This document shows, piece after piece, positions 40,329 through 48,928 of a stretch of DNA of 64,000 nucleotides. Within the stretch, counting starts at the first letter, position 1. Each line of letters opens with the position of its first letter. Below the pieces are notes generated by a model, which saw only the letters and a list, made by a program, of their open reading frames with translations, was not told where the DNA came from and searched no databases. The stretch is from Myxococcota bacterium. GTDB taxonomy: Bacteria > Myxococcota_A > UBA9160 > SZUA-336. Where the stretch lies: positions 64,001-128,000 of the forward strand of contig CBDFGR010000001.1 in NCBI GenBank assembly GCA_965247115.1, in the 5' to 3' direction. The position numbers and the translations under genes are program-made.

Positions 40329-40631
40329 ATGGCAGCTCGACGCAAGAAGGCCACTCGCAAGAAGGCGAGAAAGAAGGCCACTCGCAAGAAGGCCACGCGG
40401 AAGAAGGCGCGGCGCAAGAAGGGTACTCGCAAGAAGGCCACGCGGAAGAAGGCGCGGCGGAAGAAGGCCACTCGCAAGAAGGCCCGGCGGAAGAAGGCCA
40501 CTCGTAAGAAGGGGCGGCGCAAGAAGGCCACACGAAAGAAGGGCACTCGCAAGAAGGCCCGGCGGAAGAAGGCCACCCGCAAGAAGACGCGGCGCAAGAA
40601 GGCCACACGAAAGAAGGCTCGAAGGGGCTAG
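40329..40631 (+). CDS. Histone H1/Hc2/protamine-like basic repeat protein
   Basis: 100 aa, 19 KKATR/KKARR-type units; synonymous variation among the 15-nt units supports coding. Confidence 0.85.
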   Translation: MAARRKKATRKKARKKATRKKATRKKARRKKGTRKKATRKKARRKKATRKKARRKKATRKKGRRKKATRKKGTRKKARRKKATRKKTRRKKATRKKARRG

Positions 40632-40652
40632 CCGCCTTCGACGCCACGGAAG

Positions 40653-40685
40653 GAGCCCCCGTCGCCGAGTGGTGACGGGGGCTTC
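40653..40685 (+). terminator. GC-rich hairpin, probable terminator
   Basis: GAGCCCCCGTCGCC-GAGT-GGTGACGGGGGCTT; weak U tract. Confidence 0.6.
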
Positions 40686-40751
40686 TCGCGTCTGGCGTGT
40701 TGACTGACCTCCCTGACCCGTTACTGTTCCGGCGGGTCGAGGAGGACCGAA

Positions 40752-40982
40752 ATGGCGCGTGTCACCATCGAAGACTGCCTGGAGCAGGCTCCCAATCGCT
40801 TCGCACTCGTGATCATGGCTGCGGTCCGGACCAAGCAGCTCATGCGGGGAGCACGGGTGTTGGTCCAGGGGAGCGAGAACCGCTCGGTCGTGACGTCGCT
40901 GCGCGAGGTCGCCGCCGGCTACGTCCAACCTGACGCCGAGCTGGACGCCGAGGCCGAGGAGCCGGCCACTCCGGAAGAGTAG
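40752..40982 (+). CDS. rpoZ: RNA polymerase subunit omega
   Basis: MARVTIEDCL...NRFALV...LREVA; SD GGAGG. Confidence 0.96.
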   Translation: MARVTIEDCLEQAPNRFALVIMAAVRTKQLMRGARVLVQGSENRSVVTSLREVAAGYVQPDAELDAEAEEPATPEE

Positions 40983-40998
40983 TCCCGAAGTCCCGAAG

Positions 40999-42225
40999 CT
41001 ACAGGACGGTTACGGGCAGCGTGAAGCTGAAGCGAGAGCCCGTTCCGATCTCGCTTGAGAAGCTGATCGCCCCGCCCAGGCTCTCGACCAGTGCCTTGGC
41101 AAGCGTCAGACCGAGGCCCGCACCGCGGTGCTTGCTGTCGGGCGAATTGTCCACCAGGAAGAACTCGTCGAAGATCTCGGATTGATCGTCCGGGGCCACC
41201 CCGATCCCAGTGTCCGTCACGGCGCAGAGCAGCTGACCCTCCTCGAGCCGGAGCTCGAGCTCGATCGAGCCGCGATGCGTGAACTTCGCGGCGTTGTCCA
41301 GCAGGTGCCACAGGATCTGGTTCAGCTTGGCCAGGTCGGTGCGGACCTTCGGCAGGCTGGGGCCGACGCTCCTCTGAAGGGAAACTTCGGGATGGAGCGA
41401 GTCCCGAACATTGAACACGGCCTCTTCGACGATCTCTGCGAGGTTCACTTGCTGGAGCTCCACGCGAAGCTCGTTCTGCTTCACGCGCCACAGGTCCAGG
41501 ATGTTCTGCAACGTGCGGAGGAGCGCGTTTCCGTCATCGAGGGCCCCGCGCAACGCCTCGCGTCCCGCCTCCGAGAGGTGCTCGTGCTCGGTTGCCAGGA
41601 CGGAGATCACGCGTTCGATGATGCTGTTGAGCGGCGTACGCAGCTCGTAGCTCATCTTCTCGATCAGATCACTCTTCAGCTGCTCGACCTGTCCCAGCCG
41701 TTCCTCTTGCTTGATCAGTTCGAGGTCTTGCGCGAACAGCTGCTCCGACAGCCTCAGCACCTCATCCGACGGATCGCTGCTTTCGGGGGACTCCGTGATC
41801 GCGCAGTGGTCGAGGATGAGTGAGACCTGCCTCAGGATCGACTCGACCTCGGCGTTCCGCATGCGCGGCCACTCGGCGGGATAGCCAAGGATTGCAACAC
41901 CCCGTGTTCGCCCGCAGTGGCTGAGTGGAAAGCCGAAGACGCCTCCCGCCGCCCGAGACCAGATGCGTCGCGGCTCATCCGGAGCTTCGGTTCGCAAGGG
42001 TCGGTCCGCGTACGTTGCTTCCTGGATGAACTCCGCCAGCAGAGAGCCCGCCGCCATCGCGTCGCTCGCACAGGTGAAGCCGGCCCAGCCGTCGGGCTCG
42101 GAGAGGTTCGCGCCCGAACGGTAGATCAGGGCGAAGCCCTGGAGCGTGCCTGCCAGGTGTCTCGCGCCCGCGGCGAGCGCAGAGTTGAGCGTCTCGGGAG
42201 TGGAGTAGAGCCCGAGGATCTCCAT
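40999..42225 (-). CDS. Sensor histidine kinase-like protein with His->Tyr in H-box (pseudokinase candidate)
   Basis: GAF-like N-terminus, HisKA MSYELRTPLNSI, HATPase DNAAKFT/DTGIG/GAGLGL. Confidence 0.88.
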   Translation of the reverse strand: MEILGLYSTPETLNSALAAGARHLAGTLQGFALIYRSGANLSEPDGWAGFTCASDAMAAGSLLAEFIQEATYADRPLRTEAPDEPRRIWSRAAGGVFGFPLSHCGRTRGVAILGYPAEWPRMRNAEVESILRQVSLILDHCAITESPESSDPSDEVLRLSEQLFAQDLELIKQEERLGQVEQLKSDLIEKMSYELRTPLNSIIERVISVLATEHEHLSEAGREALRGALDDGNALLRTLQNILDLWRVKQNELRVELQQVNLAEIVEEAVFNVRDSLHPEVSLQRSVGPSLPKVRTDLAKLNQILWHLLDNAAKFTHRGSIELELRLEEGQLLCAVTDTGIGVAPDDQSEIFDEFFLVDNSPDSKHRGAGLGLTLAKALVESLGGAISFSSEIGTGSRFSFTLPVTVL

Positions 42226-42236
42226 CGTATCGGCTC

Positions 42237-43367
42237 CTAGAACCGCGACCCGTCGCCGATGTTCAGCGATCCGTCGTCGGCCTCCACGGCTGCTTCTCCC
42301 TCGAGCGCCAGCTTCGTGGCGAAGTCGCGCGGGTTCGACGCGGCGTCGGAAGCCGTCTCGAGCGTGATCTTCGCAGCCTGGTACAGGCTCAGGAGATGCT
42401 GATCGAAGGTTTGCATCCCGAGATCGGACCCACCGGCGCTGATGTGGTCCGAGATCTCGACGGTGCGGTTCGGATCCCGAATGCACTCGCGAATGGAGCG
42501 CGTCGTGCGCATGACCTCGACGGCGGGTACGCGACTGTTGCCCTTCTTGTTCGGCAGCAGGCGCAGGGAGACGATCGCCTGAATGTTCTCGGAGAGCCGA
42601 TCCCGAATCTGACTCTCCTCCTCCGCCGGGAAGAAGCTCAGGATCCGGCGCAGCGTCATTGCAACGTCGATCGTGTGGATCGACGAGAACACAGCGTGTC
42701 CCGTCTCAGACGCCTTCAGAGCGGTGTCTACCGTCTCTGCGTCGCGCATCTCGCCGACCATGATTACGTCGGGGTCCTGGCGGAGCGCAGCGCGTAGCGC
42801 GTCGGGGAAGCCCATGGTGTCGGTGCCGATCTCGCGTTGAGTGATGATTGCGAGCTCGGGCTTGAAGATGAACTCCACCGGATCCTCGATCGTCACGATC
42901 TTGCATTTCCGCGCTAGGTTGATCTCCTGCAGCATCGTGGCGAGGGTCGTCGACTTTCCCATCCCTGTGGCGCCGGTGACCAGGGTCAGTCCGCGAGGAA
43001 TGGGTGCGATCTCGCGCAGCACGGTGGGCAGGTTGAGCTCTTCGAACGACTTGATGCTGAGCGGGATGACCCGGAGTACGATGTTGTGCGCCCGACGCTC
43101 ACGGCTGATGTTGACGCGGAATCGACCCTCTCCCGGCAGCTCGTACGCGAGATCCACCTCGCGCTGGCCATCGAGGTCCTGCCCGCTGCTCTCGACCAGG
43201 AGCCGCGCGATGCTCGCAGTGTCTTCTGGTGAGAGCACCTTGTACTTGAGCTCTACGAGCTCGCCATTGAAGCGGTACAGCGGCAGATAGCCGGCCTGGA
43301 AGTGGATGTCTGAGGCGCCCTTGTCGAAACCCAGGCGGAGCAGGCGATGGAGTCGCTCAAGGTCCAT
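42237..43367 (-). CDS. pilT: PilT/PilU family type IV pilus retraction ATPase
   Basis: ASDIH, GATGMGKSTT, EDPVE, LRQDPDVIMVGEMRD, GMQTFDQ. Confidence 0.9.
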   Translation of the reverse strand: MDLERLHRLLRLGFDKGASDIHFQAGYLPLYRFNGELVELKYKVLSPEDTASIARLLVESSGQDLDGQREVDLAYELPGEGRFRVNISRERRAHNIVLRVIPLSIKSFEELNLPTVLREIAPIPRGLTLVTGATGMGKSTTLATMLQEINLARKCKIVTIEDPVEFIFKPELAIITQREIGTDTMGFPDALRAALRQDPDVIMVGEMRDAETVDTALKASETGHAVFSSIHTIDVAMTLRRILSFFPAEEESQIRDRLSENIQAIVSLRLLPNKKGNSRVPAVEVMRTTRSIRECIRDPNRTVEISDHISAGGSDLGMQTFDQHLLSLYQAAKITLETASDAASNPRDFATKLALEGEAAVEADDGSLNIGDGSRF

Positions 43368-43478
43368 GCAGAATTCCAGTTTCCGCATCAACAGATAGAT
43401 GCGGTTCCTTCACCTTTCGGTATTCGAATCCTTGCGCTTGATGCGATCGGGCCGGGCGAGTCCTCTATACTTGAGCTC

Positions 43479-43949
43479 ATGAAAGTGGCGCTATTGACCG
43501 CGCTAGTCGTCTGTCTGACCCTGGCCGGCGGGAGTCAGGCTTTCGCGGACGAGCTCCAGGAGGGCTCCGAGGCCCGTCCGGTCCCTAACCTGAATCTGGA
43601 TCGGCTGCTAAGGCCGCGTTCCATGCCCACGGTGTACACGCAGTACGGTGGCAGGGGCCGCAGCGCCTGGGAGGCGGAGTTCGCACAGTCCCGCAGCGAA
43701 GTGGGAGAGCTCGAGCTCAAGGTGGCGGAAGCCAAGGTCAAGTATCGGGCAGCCTCCGGCGGCGAGTGGAGCTACTCGCCCATAGGGGGGGGCCAGGGCA
43801 CCACGGCGACGGACCCCGAGGTGCTCAAGATCCGGGCCGAGATCAAGCGCGATCGGCAGTCCCTGGAGACCTCGCGAAAACGCCTTCGGGAGCTGGGAGT
43901 CGAGGCTTCCCTGGCCGGCGTCCCGGACGAGTGGACCCTGCCGAGATAG
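43479..43949 (+). CDS. Secreted coiled-coil hypothetical protein
   Basis: Signal peptide MKVALLTALVVCLTLAGGSQAFA; ends ASLAGVPDEW. Confidence 0.7.
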   Translation: MKVALLTALVVCLTLAGGSQAFADELQEGSEARPVPNLNLDRLLRPRSMPTVYTQYGGRGRSAWEAEFAQSRSEVGELELKVAEAKVKYRAASGGEWSYSPIGGGQGTTATDPEVLKIRAEIKRDRQSLETSRKRLRELGVEASLAGVPDEWTLPR

Positions 43950-44041
43950 GTCTTGTGGGACCCGGCCGCGGGCGGCCGCGGCCACCCACCTTCGCTCAGG
44001 CCTAGCGGCCTTCGCTGCGCGCGCCGCTTTGCGGCGCTTGC
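43950..44041 (+). repeat. Three-hairpin GTGG-REP-like element, copy 1
   Basis: GTCTTGTGGGACCC-GGCCGCGG gcgg CCGCGGCC-ACCCACCTTCGCTC-AGGCC tagc GGCCT-TCGCTGCGC-GCGCCGC ttt GCGGCGC-TTGC. Confidence 0.93.
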
Positions 44042-44213
44042 GGGGTGCCTTTGCGGCTGGCTTCAGGAGGTCGGGAACTGGGGTCCGCGGAGGCGCGCAG
44101 GGTAGTGCGCACTTGGCGGTTCGCTTTCGATGGGGCGGGCTCTGGTTCGCGGGGTTAGGGGTGGGGTTGCGTGTTTTCTGCGTTGGGTATCCAAACTGCA
44201 ATGTTGCTGGGAC

Positions 44214-45121
44214 ATGGCAAGGGCCTGGCTACAACTCGTGCTGCTCGGAGCGCTCACCTTTGGGGTCGGCTGTCAGAGCTTTCGTGGGGATCCGGAGCTG
44301 GCGCTGCAGAGGCTCGACGGGGACACGCTCACAGCGGTGGTGGCCGAGCTCAAGGTGCACCTTGGCGAGGATCGCTATCGTTTCCACCGCGCCGTGACCG
44401 CAGACGGCCGCGACCTGATTGCGGTATTGCTCTGGAAGCTCGACCGCCTGCAGCAGCTTCGCTCTGTGCCGCGTCAGGACTGGCAGAACGTCGACCTCGT
44501 CATCGAGTTCGCGCGTGCTCGCGCGCTCGAGCGCCTGCGCCGCTACGAAGAGGCAGGAGCGGCGTTCGCACGCGTTGCGGCGAGCGGCTCCGTGCTCGCG
44601 GCCCCGTCCCAGGAGGCGGCAAGCGTGATGACGCGCTTTGTCGGCTCCGGGGGAGAGCTCGCGCAGACGCCTCTGCAGGAGATCGAGCGGATCCAGGCGC
44701 AGCTGCTGCGCTGGCGAGCGCTCTCGCGCGAGCTCGCGGAGACCGCCTACGAACCGCTCGCGCTGGAGGAAGCGGAGCTCTGGGAGATGCTCCGCGTCGA
44801 TTGGCTCCTGCGCCACAAGGGACAGGAGCACGCCGTCGAAAGCTGCATGAGGCTCATCGAGCAGAACCGCGATTCCAAGCTCTACTCCAGGCATCTTCTG
44901 CGCCTCGGTGATCTCTAGCCGACCTCGCCGGGAGCGTGTATCTGCACGCGCAGACTCGCTGGTCCGTCGATCTTGCAGAGTATGAGCTGCTGATCGATCG
45001 GGCTCTGGCGGCGTACGAGCTCGCAGCAGAAGATCGTCGTCCCGGTCTGCGCAGCGAGGCGAGCGCTCGGATCGAGGCACTGCTTGCCACGCACCGGGGA
45101 GCTGTTGCGTATGCCCGCTGA
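44214..45121 (+). pseudogene. Lipoprotein (TPR-like) interrupted by apparent 1-nt deletion at ~44917
   Basis: Lipobox GVGC; reading ...GDL-TAG continues in the -1 frame as ADLAGSVYLHAQ... to 45121; may be a sequencing error. Confidence 0.65.
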
Positions 45122-47114
45122 TCGCGACCAGGTGATCCGCGTGGGGATCCGTCTCGTCCTCGTCGCGTTTGCCGCTGGCTTGCTCGTGCTGGCCCTCTCA
45201 AACAGCGCGTTCTCACGGGAGCTTCCGGAGTCCGTCGAGGAAGCGACGAAGCTGTTGCTTGCTCACGAGCCGGTGACTGCCGAAGCGCGGGTCGACGAGG
45301 CGCGCGAGATCCTGCGAGACGAGAGGCAGGAGCGACTGACACGGATGGGGAGCGCGCTCTTCGACCTGGGCTGGAGAGGGGCGACGCCGGGCTCGCCGAA
45401 GCGGGTGCTGGACTCGGGAAGACGTCTCGCGCGCGAGATCCGACACTGGAACTCTCGCTCCTCTGCGGAAGACCGCGCACTTGCGCTGCTCGAGAGCGAT
45501 GTCCGTGAACAGGCGAGCGACGATCGGGGCCGGGCGCTCTACACCCGATTGAAGTCACGTGAGGATGAGCAGCTAGTGTCTCGCTTCGTCCGCGAGGCCG
45601 AGGTTGCACTCTCTCGGGGCGAGCTCGACACTGCGCGGCGCCGGGTCGACCGGATTGCAGCGTTGGAACCCGCGGAGCGAGGTCTCCCGGAGCTACGCCT
45701 GGCGCTCTTGGAGGCGGGCGAAAGCTCCGCCCCGCAGACGGTGGATCCTGTCGCGGGGATCGCGAGCTGGGAAGCCCCGCTCGCGGCCGCGCTGTTGACC
45801 GATGGATACGACGCCGTGCTCTCCTTTCCGGAGGCCCGAGCCGACGTAGAGCTCGCCCAGGCGGTGGCCGCCTTCCTTTCGGGGGACGGAGCAGGCGCTG
45901 TCGCCAGGCTGGAGCAGCTCGAGGACCGGGAGGGTCCACCCGCCGAGCTGGCCGCTGCCTGGCTTGCCAGCGAGAGCTTCAATCCCGAGGCAGCACTCGT
46001 GAGCTCGGCGCGACGCTTCCGCGTCCAGCGGGCACTCGGCTGGCTGGGTGGAGACGAGCTCGAGGACCACGGACTCTCGTTCTCGCGCGACGGCTACAAG
46101 GCCTGGCAGGCCGCGCTCTCGCCGCTCAACCTCGCCCTCGCTCTGCCGGCTCGGCTGATCAGTAGGCGCCGTCCAGAGTCCACCGACCTCCATGCCGCAG
46201 CGAGCGGGTACCTCGATCGCGTTCCCTTCGGGCCGAGTGCCAACGCGGCGAAGGCCTGGCTCGAACAGGGCAGTAGCGGCTTGGGGAGCCGCAACCAGCG
46301 CGCCTTCGACGATGGCCGCTTCGTCCTGCCACCCGCGACGACGCGCTACCGAGCGCACGACCCGTTGCGCCTCCTGGTGACGCCAGCGGGACTCGACGTT
46401 GTCAGCCGCGATCGCTTCACGCGCCTCGGCATCCGCATGGAGACCGACTCCGCACTGCTTCTCACGACGGTCAACGGCGAGGTCCCGAACACGGCCATCA
46501 CTATTTCGCGTGACACAGCACTGCGTCTGGCTGCAGGGCTCGCACACGGGGTGGAGCAGGGCGCGTTGATACCGGTCGCAGGAGATGCGACGGCGCTACT
46601 CGAAGGGCTCCGGCGCCTGGACGGGGACCTGCGCCGCGGAGCGAACCTGGTACTGGAGCCCTGGCACCCTCGCGCCGAGGGGGCCAGAACGGAGCTGAGT
46701 CGAGCGCTGCTGGAGGGCGGCTCGCCCGCACAGCTTCAACAGCTCCGGATCGCCCGGTCTCGCAAGTCGGTGCGGGTCGAGCGCGAGCTGTTCGCTCGCG
46801 CCACCGACTGCCCGGTGGAGGCCACGCTGTGCATCGACCGTGCGCGCTCGTATGAAGGTCGGCTGTTCGCCCGCGTCGATGACGACGGCGAGATGCGTCT
46901 GGGGCTCGGCGGGAAGCTCGCCCGTGCCAGCCTCTCACTCGAGGTCGGTCGTTCCGGCCCGAGAGCCGCCATCACGCTCCCCTTGGGTCATTGGCTCGGG
47001 ATCAGTCGCTGGCTTCCGGCCGAGCTGCACCTGAACGTGGGCGCAGACGGCGTGGCGGCGAAGCCCACGCTCGGACGCCACCGAGCCCGGGGCTACGCCT
47101 TCGCAGGTCGCTAG
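45111..47114 (+). CDS. Large exported/membrane-anchored hypothetical protein
   Basis: N-terminal hydrophobic segment, helical TPR-like region, beta-rich C-terminus; overlaps the upstream ORF end. Confidence 0.7.
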   Translation: MPADRDQVIRVGIRLVLVAFAAGLLVLALSNSAFSRELPESVEEATKLLLAHEPVTAEARVDEAREILRDERQERLTRMGSALFDLGWRGATPGSPKRVLDSGRRLAREIRHWNSRSSAEDRALALLESDVREQASDDRGRALYTRLKSREDEQLVSRFVREAEVALSRGELDTARRRVDRIAALEPAERGLPELRLALLEAGESSAPQTVDPVAGIASWEAPLAAALLTDGYDAVLSFPEARADVELAQAVAAFLSGDGAGAVARLEQLEDREGPPAELAAAWLASESFNPEAALVSSARRFRVQRALGWLGGDELEDHGLSFSRDGYKAWQAALSPLNLALALPARLISRRRPESTDLHAAASGYLDRVPFGPSANAAKAWLEQGSSGLGSRNQRAFDDGRFVLPPATTRYRAHDPLRLLVTPAGLDVVSRDRFTRLGIRMETDSALLLTTVNGEVPNTAITISRDTALRLAAGLAHGVEQGALIPVAGDATALLEGLRRLDGDLRRGANLVLEPWHPRAEGARTELSRALLEGGSPAQLQQLRIARSRKSVRVERELFARATDCPVEATLCIDRARSYEGRLFARVDDDGEMRLGLGGKLARASLSLEVGRSGPRAAITLPLGHWLGISRWLPAELHLNVGADGVAAKPTLGRHRARGYAFAGR

Positions 47115-47115
47115 G

Positions 47116-48213
47116 TCAGAGAAGCTGTCTGAGGGCGGTGAGGAGGCGGGCGACGACTTCGGGGCGGGCGTTTTCTCCCATCAGGCCGATGCGCCAGACT
47201 CGACCGGCGAGCTTGCCGAGGCCGGCACCGATCTCGATCCCATAGTCGGAGAGTAGCTGCTTGCGGATCGTGGCTTCGTCCGCGACGGGCGGAATCACAG
47301 TGTTCAGCATGGGCAGCTGGTGGGCGGGCTCGACGAGCATTTCGAAGCCCAGCTCGGTCAAGCCCAGGACCAGGGCACGGTGGGCCTCGTAGTGGCGGGC
47401 GAAGCGCGCCTCGAGCCCCTCATCCAGGACGCGCTCGAGGGCGGCGTGGAGCGCAAGGATCATGCTGACGGGGGCAGTGTGATGGTAGACCCGCTCGTCT
47501 CCCAGGTAACGGCCGATCAGGCCGAGGTCCAGGTACCAGCTCTGCACCGGTTTCTGGCGCCCGGCGAGCCGCTCAAGCGCGCGCGGCCCGAAGGCCAGGG
47601 GAGAGAGTCCCGGCGGACACGACAGACACTTCTGTGTGCCTGAATACGCCGCGTCGATGGCCCAGTCGTCGAACCGCACAGCCATGCCCGAGAGCGAGGT
47701 CACACAGTCGAGCACGACCAGGGCGCCGGCCGCCCGCGCGGCGTGCGCCACGTCGCGCACCGGCTGGGCCACGCCCGTCGAGGTCTCGGCGTGGACAAGC
47801 GCCACCAGGTCCGGTCGCGCGGACTGCACCTCTGCGATGAGCCGCTCCGGCGGGATGATCTCGCCCATCTCCGCCTCGACGCGGATTGCCTGCGCTCCCG
47901 CCCGCTCGATGACGGAGACCATGCGCTCGCCGAATACCCCCTGGACTGCCACCAGTGCCCGATCCCCTGGCTCGAGCAGGTTGACCAGGCACGCCTCCAT
48001 CCCCGCACTCCCGGTCGCGGACAGCGGAAGGGTGAGCGCATGCTCGGTGGCGAAGACCGTGCGCAGCTGCTCCTGCACCCGGTCGAGGACGCCGAGGAAC
48101 GCCGGGTCGAGGTGTCCGATCATCGGGTGGGCCAGTGCGCGCAGCACCGGCTCCGACACGTTGCTGGGACCGGGCCCGAGGAGGAGTCGCTCCGGTAGCT
48201 CGAGATCACTCAC
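47116..48213 (-). CDS. Alanine-glyoxylate/serine-pyruvate aminotransferase family (class V)
   Basis: LLLGPGPSNV, HAETSTG, SGTQKCLSCPPG, WRIGLMG. Confidence 0.93.
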   Translation of the reverse strand: MSDLELPERLLLGPGPSNVSEPVLRALAHPMIGHLDPAFLGVLDRVQEQLRTVFATEHALTLPLSATGSAGMEACLVNLLEPGDRALVAVQGVFGERMVSVIERAGAQAIRVEAEMGEIIPPERLIAEVQSARPDLVALVHAETSTGVAQPVRDVAHAARAAGALVVLDCVTSLSGMAVRFDDWAIDAAYSGTQKCLSCPPGLSPLAFGPRALERLAGRQKPVQSWYLDLGLIGRYLGDERVYHHTAPVSMILALHAALERVLDEGLEARFARHYEAHRALVLGLTELGFEMLVEPAHQLPMLNTVIPPVADEATIRKQLLSDYGIEIGAGLGKLAGRVWRIGLMGENARPEVVARLLTALRQLL

Positions 48214-48260
48214 AGCCCGATGATAGCGGCTTATCGGTAGACTGGGTTCGGGAGGATCGC

Positions 48261-48611
48261 GTGGACCGTCTGGACTGTCTATTTTGCAAGATTGCTGCCG
48301 GAGAGGTCCCGGCCAACCTCGCCTTCGAGAACGAGCGCGTCGTCGCCTTCACCGACATCAACCCGCAGGCTCCTACCCACCTGCAGATCATTCCGCGCGA
48401 GCACATTGCGAGCTCGCTCGAGGTCACCGAGAGCAATCGGGATTGCATCGGCGAGCTGGTCGAGGTCGCAGCGCACCTGGCGCGGGAGCTCGGTCTGGCC
48501 GATGCCGGCTATCGCCTGGTCTTCAACACGGGCGGCGCGGCAGGCCAGACCGTCTATCACATCCACCTGCACCTTCTCGGAGGACGCTCGTTCGGCTGGC
48601 CGCCGGGGTAA
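48261..48611 (+). CDS. Histidine triad nucleotide-binding protein (HinT-like)
   Basis: CLFCKI, DINPQAPTH, HIHLHLLGGR; GTG after GGAGG. Confidence 0.95.
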   Translation: MDRLDCLFCKIAAGEVPANLAFENERVVAFTDINPQAPTHLQIIPREHIASSLEVTESNRDCIGELVEVAAHLARELGLADAGYRLVFNTGGAAGQTVYHIHLHLLGGRSFGWPPG

Positions 48612-48633
48612 AGCCCGCTACTGTCTTGCGAAC

Positions 48634-48921
48634 ATGTTTCGAGTCCTTTTTCTGACCCTTGTGTTTGGCGCTGTCGCGATTTGCTTCGAGCCGGGCTGGG
48701 ATGGCAAGCAGCGTACGTTCTCTCTCCGGCTGCGCGCTCCGAACGAGATTGCTCAGCTCGTGGGCCGCATCGGGACGGAGCTCGTGGCCCGCAGTGCGTC
48801 CGCGGTAGAGCGAAACGACGCGGTGCCGGCCGTTGCTTCGGGTCCTTTCGATCCCGAGCGGATCACCGAGGCCGATCGCAAGAACCTGGATCGTCTGCTC
48901 GAGGAGAAGCTGCGGGAGTAG
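48634..48921 (+). CDS. Small membrane-anchored hypothetical protein
   Basis: N-terminal TM; C-terminal ITEADRKNLDRLLEE; fills the gap between HIT and dGTPase. Confidence 0.6.
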   Translation: MFRVLFLTLVFGAVAICFEPGWDGKQRTFSLRLRAPNEIAQLVGRIGTELVARSASAVERNDAVPAVASGPFDPERITEADRKNLDRLLEEKLRE

Positions 48922-48928
48922 AACGCGG

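Noticed and set aside
40329..40631. 15-nt tandem repeats as a CRISPR array or non-coding VNTR
   Set aside because: No spacers and no cas genes; variation is mostly synonymous or conservative within one reading frame.
43950..44041. Repeat copies as simple intrinsic terminators or IS ends
   Set aside because: No U-tract, terminal inverted repeats or consistent target duplication; conserved linkers across four loci exceed what terminators need.
44916..44918. TAG read-through (pyrrolysine/recoding) in the lipoprotein gene
   Set aside because: The plausible continuation lies in a different frame, so an indel explains it better; TAG is a normal stop throughout the window.
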